64,000 nucleotides of DNA, taken from an uncultured virus (IMG/VR IMGVR_UViG_3300022853_000024). Its lineage: Duplodnaviria; Heunggongvirae; Uroviricota; Caudoviricetes. The stretch is from IMG/VR virus record IMGVR_UViG_3300022853_000024, one strand, 5' to 3'. A model generated the notes under the pieces. It saw only the letters and a program-made list of their open reading frames with translations. It was not told the origin of the DNA and did not search any database. A program made the position numbers and the translations under genes. Of this stretch, positions 30,751 to 39,922 are shown in pieces (position 1 is the first letter of the stretch; each line of letters opens with the position of its first letter).

Positions 30751-31725
30751 TTAACTTGACGGAACAAACTTGATTCTTACTCCACCAAATCCACCTCTTA
30801 TTCCATGATCCCTTGTGTCTGGACATGGGTTAGGTGATAGCCCACCTGCTCCCACAGGTAGATAATTGTTACAACCTTGCATCTCGTAACATCCGCAAGA
30901 TCTTGTTGATCTCCAACAGTGTGCATCCGGAGTACCTTGTCTTGGTGTTTTTGTTGCCAAGTTAAGTGCCGCATACCACTGAAATAATTGGTTTCCTGAC
31001 CATTGTGACATTGGCGTGCTATCTGATTCTTTTTGGAACGTGATCAATGCACCGTCTTCTGAAAATAATCCTGCTGGTGTAGCCACGTGTTGTTGAAACC
31101 GACACTTACAGTGTGGACAACATCCAAAGAAACTAGCACATGAAAACTGTCCGCAACAGTTCTTGTTTGTATCTCCACCGTATCCTAATGAACACCATTG
31201 TCCATCACACACGTTACATACTGTTCCGCAGTTGTCATTGTTGCATTTTGTGTAACAGAAACCTTGTGCTCTGAAACAACAAAATAATGAGTCTCCTGAT
31301 GTACACATAGATTTACCACCAAATCCACCTCTTGAACAAACACAACCGTTTCCGTTTGCGGCTGTGATCCAACAAATTTCTGATTGTTCTGAACATCCTG
31401 AAAAACATAAATCATGAGCATAACAACTGTGTCCTGTTTGACCTGTCATTGTGTCGCCTGCTTCCACAGTGATTGACTTTTTCACATATGCACCTGCGTT
31501 GCCTGGTAATCCGTCTCCACAACAGCACATTCTTGCACCTGATCCGCCTGCACCCCAAACTTCTATTTCGGCTGTGCCATCAACGTTTGCTGTCCAACAA
31601 ATACCATTGCAAAATTTTGCGTAATTTGTACCTGAAGTGTATGAATAAATGTAACCAGTTTCAAGATTGTTTTCAATCATCTCTGCTGGGTTTCTAGTAG
31701 TTAATAATCCTTTTAAACTTGCCAT
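30751..31725 (-). CDS. Cys/Gly-rich adhesin-like protein 3
   Basis: IEVWGAGGSG..MCCC and GG.GGVRIKF motifs. 32 Cys in 324 aa. Confidence 0.7.
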   Translation of the reverse strand: MASLKGLLTTRNPAEMIENNLETGYIYSYTSGTNYAKFCNGICWTANVDGTAEIEVWGAGGSGARMCCCGDGLPGNAGAYVKKSITVEAGDTMTGQTGHSCYAHDLCFSGCSEQSEICWITAANGNGCVCSRGGFGGKSMCTSGDSLFCCFRAQGFCYTKCNNDNCGTVCNVCDGQWCSLGYGGDTNKNCCGQFSCASFFGCCPHCKCRFQQHVATPAGLFSEDGALITFQKESDSTPMSQWSGNQLFQWYAALNLATKTPRQGTPDAHCWRSTRSCGCYEMQGCNNYLPVGAGGLSPNPCPDTRDHGIRGGFGGVRIKFVPSS

Positions 31726-31751
31726 AATAATATTTATCCTATCTAGTTAAC

Positions 31752-32768
31752 CTACGGAGTTGAGTCTATTTCGTAATCGTCGGTTGGTGATACAAACTTA
31801 ATTCTAACCAATCCATGTCCACCTCTGTGAGCGTGATCTCTAAAACTATCACAAGGTGTTGGACCTTGTCCACCAATACCTGCTGGATAATAAGCGTTAC
31901 AACCTTGTTCGTCATAACAACCACACATTCTGTTACCTGCCCAACAACCAGTATAAGGACCGCCTGTTGTAGGATTACGTGTTGCTAAATTGAAACCATG
32001 TGAAGCATTCATCCATCCACCCATTCCTGACCAATTTGATCTTCCGTTGCCTGAATCCATTGTGTAGTGTACTTCACCACCCAATGTTGAAATCATTCCT
32101 GGAGGAAATCTATTAACTGGAACTTGTCTACAGTTACAGTTTGGTTGACATCCTCTGAAATAGTGACAACTAAATCCACCATAACAGTTTGTGTCTCCAC
32201 CGTATGCAAAAGCACAAAATTGAGGACAAGCCGCTGAATCCATAAAGTTACAAACGATACCACAATATGCTTCACCGCCCTGTGTGTTACAGAAACCCGA
32301 CGCTACTGCACAACAGTAAATTGAGTTACCAGTTGAACACCAAGTGCGTCCACCAATTCCACCTTGAGCACATATACATCCGTCTGATCCGCCATCACCA
32401 AACCAACATATCTGAGTTGGTTCAGAACAACCTCTAAAACATAGTGTGTCTGAGTTACCACATGACATACCAATAATTGCACAAATGTAACAACCATCTG
32501 CCATTGTGATTGTTTTTTTAGAATATGCACCTGGGTTACCTGGAATTCCTCCACCGCAACAACACATTTTTGCACCTGATCCACCTGCTCCCCAAACTTC
32601 TATTGTGGCAGTACCGGCTGATGGTGCTATAAAACATATGTGACATCTAAAGTTTGTGCCTCTTGATGTACCTGGATAATATTGATAAATTCTACCTTTT
32701 TCAAGGTTAGTTTCATTTCCTACTGAAAAATCGTATTTGGATTGAAGTAATGTTGTTAGACTAGCCAT
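31752..32768 (-). CDS. Cys/Gly-rich adhesin-like protein 2
   Basis: Same motifs. 31 Cys in 338 aa. Confidence 0.7.
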   Translation of the reverse strand: MASLTTLLQSKYDFSVGNETNLEKGRIYQYYPGTSRGTNFRCHICFIAPSAGTATIEVWGAGGSGAKMCCCGGGIPGNPGAYSKKTITMADGCYICAIIGMSCGNSDTLCFRGCSEPTQICWFGDGGSDGCICAQGGIGGRTWCSTGNSIYCCAVASGFCNTQGGEAYCGIVCNFMDSAACPQFCAFAYGGDTNCYGGFSCHYFRGCQPNCNCRQVPVNRFPPGMISTLGGEVHYTMDSGNGRSNWSGMGGWMNASHGFNLATRNPTTGGPYTGCWAGNRMCGCYDEQGCNAYYPAGIGGQGPTPCDSFRDHAHRGGHGLVRIKFVSPTDDYEIDSTP

Positions 32769-32772
32769 AAAA

Positions 32773-33735
32773 TTAACTTACGAATTTAATTCGTACTCCT
32801 CCATGTCCACCTCTGATTGCGTGATCTCTAACTCCTGGACATGGGTTAGGTCCTCTTCCTCCTGTACCAATCGGCATCTGAGGTATACAACCATCATTTT
32901 CATAACAACCGCAAGCAACACCGCCATCCCAACATGATGCAAAAGGCACACCGCCTGTTGGAAATCTGCCTGAACCCATGTTTGCCAAGTGATTATAGTG
33001 TCCTTGACCTGACCAGTTTGCTACTCCGTTATTAGCATCATTGGTGTAAGTAATCATTCTACCTTCTTTAGAACCCATTCCTGCTGGAGTAGGTATATGA
33101 TGATGGAACATACAAATACATGATGGATAACAACCAAATGCTGATACACATGAAATTCTTCCACATTTATTTTCTTGTCCACCGTATGCTTGAGCACACC
33201 ATGAACCGTCGCATTGGTTACAAATAATTCCGCAGTTATCGTTGTCTGTTCTTGTTACACAGAAACCGTTTGCTCTGTAACAACAATAGAAAGATGAGTT
33301 AGTAGAACAATAAGTTACTCCGCCTTTACCACCTTCTGCACAAGCACACGTCTCTGAACTTGCTATACAAAATCTTGCATGAGAGGCTTCTGAACAACCT
33401 CTAAAACATAGTGAGCCTGAGTTGCCACAACTTTGTCCTAAACATCCACATACATAATCTCCTGGAGACATTGAAATTTGTTTTTTGACATACGCACCTG
33501 CGTTGCCTGGTAAACCAAAACCACAACAGCACATATGACCACCTGACCCACCTGCACCCCAAATTTCTACTATGGCAGTACCTGACACTTCTGGGTGAAA
33601 ACAAAATCCGCACCACAATCTAGAATAGTTAGTTCCAGGTGTGTAGACGTAAATACGTCCTTTCTCTAAATTAGATTCCTCTACCGAGACGAATGCATCC
33701 TGTTTTGTTCCAAGTAATGATTTTAAACTAGCCAT
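32773..33735 (-). CDS. Cys/Gly-rich adhesin-like protein 1
   Basis: Same motifs. 31 Cys in 320 aa. Confidence 0.7.
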   Translation of the reverse strand: MASLKSLLGTKQDAFVSVEESNLEKGRIYVYTPGTNYSRLWCGFCFHPEVSGTAIVEIWGAGGSGGHMCCCGFGLPGNAGAYVKKQISMSPGDYVCGCLGQSCGNSGSLCFRGCSEASHARFCIASSETCACAEGGKGGVTYCSTNSSFYCCYRANGFCVTRTDNDNCGIICNQCDGSWCAQAYGGQENKCGRISCVSAFGCYPSCICMFHHHIPTPAGMGSKEGRMITYTNDANNGVANWSGQGHYNHLANMGSGRFPTGGVPFASCWDGGVACGCYENDGCIPQMPIGTGGRGPNPCPGVRDHAIRGGHGGVRIKFVS

Positions 33736-33793
33736 TGTTTTTGTTTCTCCAAGTGTTTAATGATGTAAATTTAATATAAAATATTATAAAAAA

Positions 33794-34126
33794 TTATACA
33801 GCACCAATTATCCAACCATAAGTCGGACCAGTGTAAATCAAAGTTGCGATTGCACCATTTAAGTCCATTGTTAAGTCGTCTGCTGAACCTTGAATTAGTG
33901 AACCATTCCTAGCAACTAAAACCGCGTTAGTTCCAAAGTTCGATGTTGCATCAATGATCTGAATTGTGTCATTAATCAACAAAGAAGCATTAAGAGGTAA
34001 CGTGATTGTGAAAGTAGCACTGCTACTGTCTGCTAAGATTCTATCATTTACCACTGCTTGGTAAGTTGTTGCCACTTGTTTAGTGACTACGCCAGCAGTT
34101 CCAGTTGTTGATATGTATCTTCCCAT
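33794..34126 (-). CDS. Small fibre domain protein (T4 gp34/gp9-10 repeat-like)
   Basis: DSSSATFTITLP...DTIQIID..NF..N.V.V.RNG..I.G...LIY....GW. Confidence 0.65.
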   Translation of the reverse strand: MGRYISTTGTAGVVTKQVATTYQAVVNDRILADSSSATFTITLPLNASLLINDTIQIIDATSNFGTNAVLVARNGSLIQGSADDLTMDLNGAIATLIYTGPTYGWIIGAV

Positions 34127-34183
34127 TGTCTTTATTTCCTTTATTAGTACTCTTTTATACTATTTATATAATTTACCTTAAAA

Positions 34184-34504
34184 TTATGCTGTACTTGTTT
34201 CAATACCGCTTACAACTGCACTTACATTAGCGGCACTTGAATATGCTACCAATAATTGCGTTGCAGACAGTACTAAACCAGTTCTTTCCAACACACCATG
34301 ACTCAAAATCTCTGTTTCGTACTCAAGATATTCTGATGCATCTGGTGTAGCCGTATCTGCCACTGCCAATCTTACTGTAACTGCTTGGTTACCTCTGTTA
34401 CAAAACGATACTGTTGATACTGTAAAAGTGTCAGCAGGTGTTGTGTAGATAGTCGTAAGTGTAGCGGCTGAAAGATCTGCTTTTCCTATTCTTCCTGAAG
34501 CCAT
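34184..34504 (-). CDS. Small beta-sandwich virion protein (family member 1)
   Basis: T.IYTTPA..., CNR and G.E C-terminus. Resembles 47251-47583 and 55207-55533. Confidence 0.65.
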   Translation of the reverse strand: MASGRIGKADLSAATLTTIYTTPADTFTVSTVSFCNRGNQAVTVRLAVADTATPDASEYLEYETEILSHGVLERTGLVLSATQLLVAYSSAANVSAVVSGIETSTA

Positions 34505-34517
34505 TGTTTTTTCTCCT

Positions 34518-37500
34518 TTAACTATGTATTAAGTAGTTCATCGCAATCGGTACACCAGTAACTCCTTTTGTGAAGTTAGTGACGCTTTGGAAATTGATTC
34601 CTACGTTGTTACTTGTACTTATCGTATTACCAGTAATTACCACTAATCCCGCAGTAATCAAGTTAACATTGAGCGAACTAGCACCACCACCAATTTGTGA
34701 AGCGATATAAGTTCTTATTGCTCTCTGAGTCGGAACAATTGCGTCTGAATTAGCCGCCATTGTACCATCAGTTGAGAATTCATTGATAGAAGCACTTGTT
34801 CCACCTAATGCTAAATCACCCAACTGTAATTCTTGTAGTCCTGATATGTTGAATGCATCTGCGTTCAATGAAGCAATACCAGTTGCTTGTTCTACTGAGA
34901 ATAAATCTCCCACTCTAAAGTTACCATCTTGGTCTGTAGAAGTAAAGAATACTCTTCCTCCACCACCTTCAACAGTTTCGTTTGCTGGTATTGGATTTTG
35001 ACTTGGTAAACCTGGATAGTTTGTAGTTGTAAAGTTACCAGTACCTATGTCTAGGAAATCGTGACCAGTTAATCTAACTTGTGAGTATCTAATTCTCATT
35101 TCTATGGACTGTCCATGTTCTGGTGATTCATAAGATTTTATATCTGGTGAAACTTGTAATAGACCTGTGAAAGGAGTTTGTGTTCCAAGTTGTTGATTAA
35201 CAGCAACCAGTTTGAAATATTGTCCTGGTAAATGCCCAAACTCAATGTTTGATCCTGCTCTTGGAATTGATGTTAAATTTTCAACAGCAATATATTTTCC
35301 TGTTTGATAGTCATCTCTAAATCCACCAAATGTTTCTGCTGTTCCGCCACTTGCATATGCTGTGTAGCCAGTTGAATCAATTGGAGTTGTCAGTTCGTAG
35401 TCTGCATAAATTTCAAATGTGTCTGTTGTTAAAACTTTAACATAGTAGAACACACCAGTGTTTAACTCGATCATTCCAAGTATTGTATCAAACTTAACTT
35501 TATCGTTTGTGTTAAAGTTGTGTGCAGATGTTGTTGTGATCACTGCTGTTGTAGCCTGTGTAATTCCTGTTACAGTTGCTTGTACACCTTGCTCTGTGAT
35601 TCCAGCAGAAGCAGTTACATAATCAGAACCTCTTGCAACAAATGTTGGTTGACCTAATACACCATCGCCAATGTATGCTTGTACAGGCGCTTCTGTAGTA
35701 TTGTTTGGATCTGTGAATGTTACTGTTGGTGCACTTGTGTAAGAAGCACCACAATCTAATATTTTAACACTTGAAATAACTTCTCCTGTAACCACTGCTC
35801 TAGCAACTGCCTGTCTAGGAGTTGTTGAACCATCATTACTTGGAGCACCTATAACCACTCTTGGAGTGATTTGGTAGATTGTTGTTGAATCCAGTGTTGT
35901 CTCAACTGCTTTGCCACCTAATGTGTCCCAACCTGATGAGCTGTCTGAGAATTTTTTAATTGCGGCAATTTTGCTAGATGAATTGTAAGTGTCAATGTAA
36001 CCGTACTGTCCAGCACCTTTACCTTCTGTTACAAATAAAGCCATTCCAACATAAACTCCACTTGCCGCTGAATCTGCCGCCGCTAAAGTAATTTGTGTTG
36101 TTGTACCTGTTTGTCCTGAGTTTGTAGTAGTTACAAAACCTGCACCACCTAAATCTGATGGATCAGAAGCAGGAGTTTCTGTTAATCTAATTTTGTACAC
36201 TCCGCCTGTGTTGTAAGTTGCCACAACACCATTTAATCCAAAACCGTCGCCTGTGATAGTCACAGTAGCATCTGAATATTCTCTACCTGCGTTGCCATAT
36301 TCGAGTGCAAGTATTTGATTACCATCTGTAAACACACTATCAACCACTGCATCAGTAGATCTGTTGTTAACTTTACCTGTTACAGGAACTTCAGTTGGAT
36401 CAACACCTTCTGCCACACAACCAAAATCACCATATGATGAGTTACCGTTTGTAGCACGTATTTTTCCACCTGTTTCTGCAAGGTATCCAATGTGTCCATA
36501 GTATGAGAACACAGATACAAGTTCTGCTCTTCCTAAATTAGTGATCCATGCACCAATACCATCTGATATTACCTGCGTAAAGTCATTTGATACCATGGAA
36601 TCATTTCCACCTGCGTGTAAATCTCCATCAATTTTTTGTCCTACAGCACCTGTTCCAAATGTTGTAACGTTTTGAATGTAAGGTGATCTTCCACCTGCAC
36701 CATTCAGTGCACCAATCCACACACTTTCGTCTGCTGTGCCATATCCTGGATCAAGAGAAAGAAAAGCACCTGCTGATGGACGTTTAGTTCCATAACTGTT
36801 TGCCGCTCCCAATGAACCTGATAAACCTTGTACTGTACAGTTTCTTAAACCTGTTGCATTTCTCATGTAGAACATGTCTGAAGTTGTCGAACCGCCAACA
36901 GCATTCACATACCATTTAGCACCTTTCAGTGACATATAGTTTCCTGTATACTGTAAATCGTAAATAATTCCGTCTATGTAATCTTTAATATCGTCTTCAC
37001 AATCATTTTGACCGAATTCATATCCTGGGTTTGCTCTTTTCACAAATTCTGCACATTCTTTAGCCATAAAGTCTCTGTTGGCTAATACTCTTAAACGTGC
37101 ATCTGTGTAACCAACTTCTACGTTTGCTGTGTTTGAACCTGTAACTGCAACATCTGAACCAACTGCATTAATTTTGAAGTCAATGTATTTTTCAATATTG
37201 TCTGCAATTGCCGCCGCTGCTGTGCCTGCCGTACTTGAACCTGCTGGCACTGCCACGTTTTGTGTGATTGTGTTTCCTGATGTTACTGTTAACACTTGGA
37301 ATGTGATTGTTTCACCAATCGCTGTGTCACCAGTATCTGGATTGTTAATTGTTTCTGTTGACGCAATGGTGATTGTTTCACCTATTGCATAATTTTGTCC
37401 TGGAGCCAACACAGTTAATCCTATAACGTAAGCAAATTCGTTTGTTGTCAATGTAAATGTAGCACCTGATCCTGATCCAGAGGCTGTTGTGTTAACTGTT

Positions 37501-39887
37501 CCTGTACCTTCAATTAAACCAGCACCTTGAGAACCTAAACTTGCACCAGTTGGAACTGTTATTATACCACCTGATGGTGTTACTGAAACAGCATTGTTTT
37601 GAACAACATCTGAAATGATTGCTTCTAAACGTTGAATACCTTGTAAAGAATATTGAACATCACCACCAGCAACTAATGAGCCTGCTGGTCTGATGTTGGT
37701 TGATCTCAATTCGTCTCCAACCACAGCACAGTTTGACGGCACACTCATAGGAAGTGTTTCGTAGTATGTACCTGTTTTAACATTCAATGTGATTTGAGGT
37801 TGTAATTTAGCAGGAACACTGTTGATGTTGCCAGCCGTAATTGCATCTGATGGCACTGTCATTAATGAATTTATATCTGCAACCACTGTTGATTCTGCTA
37901 TCTTAGTTAAATCTGTTACTTGAAGTGTTGTACCTTGTGATGGTGTATATCCTGATGAATTCACAACCACTTGTTGAGCAATGTATGCCGCTCTCACAAT
38001 TGCCGCGGCAGTTTCTGCTGTTTGTCCTGCAACGTAACTAGCACCTGCGCCTGTAAAGTAACTTAATGCCGCTTCTCTTGATCTGACATTTCCGCCTTTA
38101 CGTAAATCGTTAATAGTGGCATCAATAATTATACCAATATCTCTTCTGCATTTCACAGCATCATAAGTGAAAGAACTTGTGAATGGTGAAATATTACCTG
38201 CAATTTGAACATTGATCCAAGCAATAATTTCGTCTTGTATGAATGCTTTGTTTCTAGTTAATAAGTTTACACCTTGTGGATTTCTTGGTCCTAAATCAAT
38301 TTGATGCAGTGCATATCTTACATTTTTAAACGGACTGTCTAGTGTGACACCAGCATTAGGAGCCGGTCTATCAACACCGCCTGGACCTACATAGTAAACT
38401 TGATCTACTTGTCCAACAAACCCCCATTGAGGTAATGTACCTGCACCGTTAACAACAAGTGCTTGTCCTGAAGCACCAATCGGTAATCTTGCTGGTCCTG
38501 AAGCACCATAAATTAAAATGTCACCTTCTGATTCTAATACATCATTTTCTGGACCACCTGCTAACAATTGCCAAACAGATGTATCAACACCAGCCCCTGG
38601 TGCGTAATCTGGTTGATTGATTGTTGCTGGTCCAACATTGTTTGAAGTGTGTGCTGTAATACAAATGTAAGAAGTGTCTGTGTTTATAGATCCTCTCACA
38701 ATATCGCCTTTGTCAAAAACAGCCGCATTGTTCCAAGCACCTTTCCAGTATAAACCTTCGTTTAGTTTATCCCATTGTAGTACACTTGGTGGTCTGTTTC
38801 CTGTTGTGTCAGCGATAGCAATGTAAGTTGTACCACCAACTCTAACAACATCACCTGTTTTGTAAGCAGTTGCGTTGTTGTAGTCACCTTTTAAACTGAA
38901 ACCTGTAACAAATAAATCCCAATCAGCAGTTTCTGTTGATGGAACTTTGTTTAAGTTGTTTCTTAATCCAACGTATTGGTAACCTCCGTAAGTAACAATG
39001 TCACCAGGTTGGTATTGTGTAGATGAACTCCACGAATCTTCAAATTCTAAACCTGGAATAAAAATGTCCCAGTTGGCTTCGTCAGCCGCCAATGATGCAC
39101 CTGCTGTGTGAGCCGCTGTTGCAATCCATAAGTTAGCACCATACTTAACAACATCATTAACTTTGTATCTTGTTGCTGTAACCCAAGCACCTAAATATTC
39201 AATACCTTTGTGTAGGTACTGCCATTTTGCTTGATCGTTTTCTAATCCTAATGCAACTGTCGCCGCCGAAGTGTGTCCAGTGATACAAACATAAAGTTGT
39301 CCACCATATCTTACTGTGTCATTTGGTTTGTATCTTGTTGCAATAGCCCAAGTGTTTAACCAGTTAAATCCTTTTGCAAACACTTCCCATTTTGCAATAT
39401 CTGTTTCTAAACCATCAGCCAATGTTGCCGCTGAAGTGTGTTCTGTTACACAAAGATATACAGTTGCACCGTATCTTACTAAATCGTTTACTTTGTATCT
39501 TGTTGCAATAGCCCAGTCTGTTTTGTAATCAAAACCTTCAATGAAAAGATCCCATTTTGCACTGTCGCCTTCCAGTCCAATGTTAACATCTGCGTTTGAG
39601 GCATGACCTGTGTTACAAATATAGATGTAACCACCGTATTTTACAACGTCATTTGGTTTGTATGTTGTGTTTACTCCCCAGTCGCCTTTCCATTCTTGCC
39701 CATCGGACATCAATGCCCAATTTGCCGCTGTTAAATCTACTTGGAATTCTGCGTCAGACGTGTGGTTTACGATACAGATGTAAGTTCTACCACCGTATCT
39801 TACAACATCATCTACTGAATAAAGAGCACTTGTGTACCAAGCACCTTTCCAAACAAAACGTATTCTACCTAATTTAAACTCAGCCAT
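34518..39887 (-). CDS. Large fibre/spike protein, 1789 aa (8 CBM5/12-like repeats, beta-helix)
   Basis: W.G.W...Y..DVV.YGG repeats, a YYV...G.D beta-helix start and YSQVRLTGHDFLDIGTG near the C-terminus. Confidence 0.8.
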   Translation of the reverse strand: MAEFKLGRIRFVWKGAWYTSALYSVDDVVRYGGRTYICIVNHTSDAEFQVDLTAANWALMSDGQEWKGDWGVNTTYKPNDVVKYGGYIYICNTGHASNADVNIGLEGDSAKWDLFIEGFDYKTDWAIATRYKVNDLVRYGATVYLCVTEHTSAATLADGLETDIAKWEVFAKGFNWLNTWAIATRYKPNDTVRYGGQLYVCITGHTSAATVALGLENDQAKWQYLHKGIEYLGAWVTATRYKVNDVVKYGANLWIATAAHTAGASLAADEANWDIFIPGLEFEDSWSSSTQYQPGDIVTYGGYQYVGLRNNLNKVPSTETADWDLFVTGFSLKGDYNNATAYKTGDVVRVGGTTYIAIADTTGNRPPSVLQWDKLNEGLYWKGAWNNAAVFDKGDIVRGSINTDTSYICITAHTSNNVGPATINQPDYAPGAGVDTSVWQLLAGGPENDVLESEGDILIYGASGPARLPIGASGQALVVNGAGTLPQWGFVGQVDQVYYVGPGGVDRPAPNAGVTLDSPFKNVRYALHQIDLGPRNPQGVNLLTRNKAFIQDEIIAWINVQIAGNISPFTSSFTYDAVKCRRDIGIIIDATINDLRKGGNVRSREAALSYFTGAGASYVAGQTAETAAAIVRAAYIAQQVVVNSSGYTPSQGTTLQVTDLTKIAESTVVADINSLMTVPSDAITAGNINSVPAKLQPQITLNVKTGTYYETLPMSVPSNCAVVGDELRSTNIRPAGSLVAGGDVQYSLQGIQRLEAIISDVVQNNAVSVTPSGGIITVPTGASLGSQGAGLIEGTGTVNTTASGSGSGATFTLTTNEFAYVIGLTVLAPGQNYAIGETITIASTETINNPDTGDTAIGETITFQVLTVTSGNTITQNVAVPAGSSTAGTAAAAIADNIEKYIDFKINAVGSDVAVTGSNTANVEVGYTDARLRVLANRDFMAKECAEFVKRANPGYEFGQNDCEDDIKDYIDGIIYDLQYTGNYMSLKGAKWYVNAVGGSTTSDMFYMRNATGLRNCTVQGLSGSLGAANSYGTKRPSAGAFLSLDPGYGTADESVWIGALNGAGGRSPYIQNVTTFGTGAVGQKIDGDLHAGGNDSMVSNDFTQVISDGIGAWITNLGRAELVSVFSYYGHIGYLAETGGKIRATNGNSSYGDFGCVAEGVDPTEVPVTGKVNNRSTDAVVDSVFTDGNQILALEYGNAGREYSDATVTITGDGFGLNGVVATYNTGGVYKIRLTETPASDPSDLGGAGFVTTTNSGQTGTTTQITLAAADSAASGVYVGMALFVTEGKGAGQYGYIDTYNSSSKIAAIKKFSDSSSGWDTLGGKAVETTLDSTTIYQITPRVVIGAPSNDGSTTPRQAVARAVVTGEVISSVKILDCGASYTSAPTVTFTDPNNTTEAPVQAYIGDGVLGQPTFVARGSDYVTASAGITEQGVQATVTGITQATTAVITTTSAHNFNTNDKVKFDTILGMIELNTGVFYYVKVLTTDTFEIYADYELTTPIDSTGYTAYASGGTAETFGGFRDDYQTGKYIAVENLTSIPRAGSNIEFGHLPGQYFKLVAVNQQLGTQTPFTGLLQVSPDIKSYESPEHGQSIEMRIRYSQVRLTGHDFLDIGTGNFTTTNYPGLPSQNPIPANETVEGGGGRVFFTSTDQDGNFRVGDLFSVEQATGIASLNADAFNISGLQELQLGDLALGGTSASINEFSTDGTMAANSDAIVPTQRAIRTYIASQIGGGASSLNVNLITAGLVVITGNTISTSNNVGINFQSVTNFTKGVTGVPIAMNYLIHS

Positions 39888-39922
39888 GGGTTAATATATC
39901 CTCTTATTACAGTTATTTATCA

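Noticed and set aside
30751..33735. Selenocysteine or stop-codon recoding in the Cys-rich genes
   Set aside because: The ORFs are uninterrupted, and all three stop codons appear to terminate genes normally in this window.
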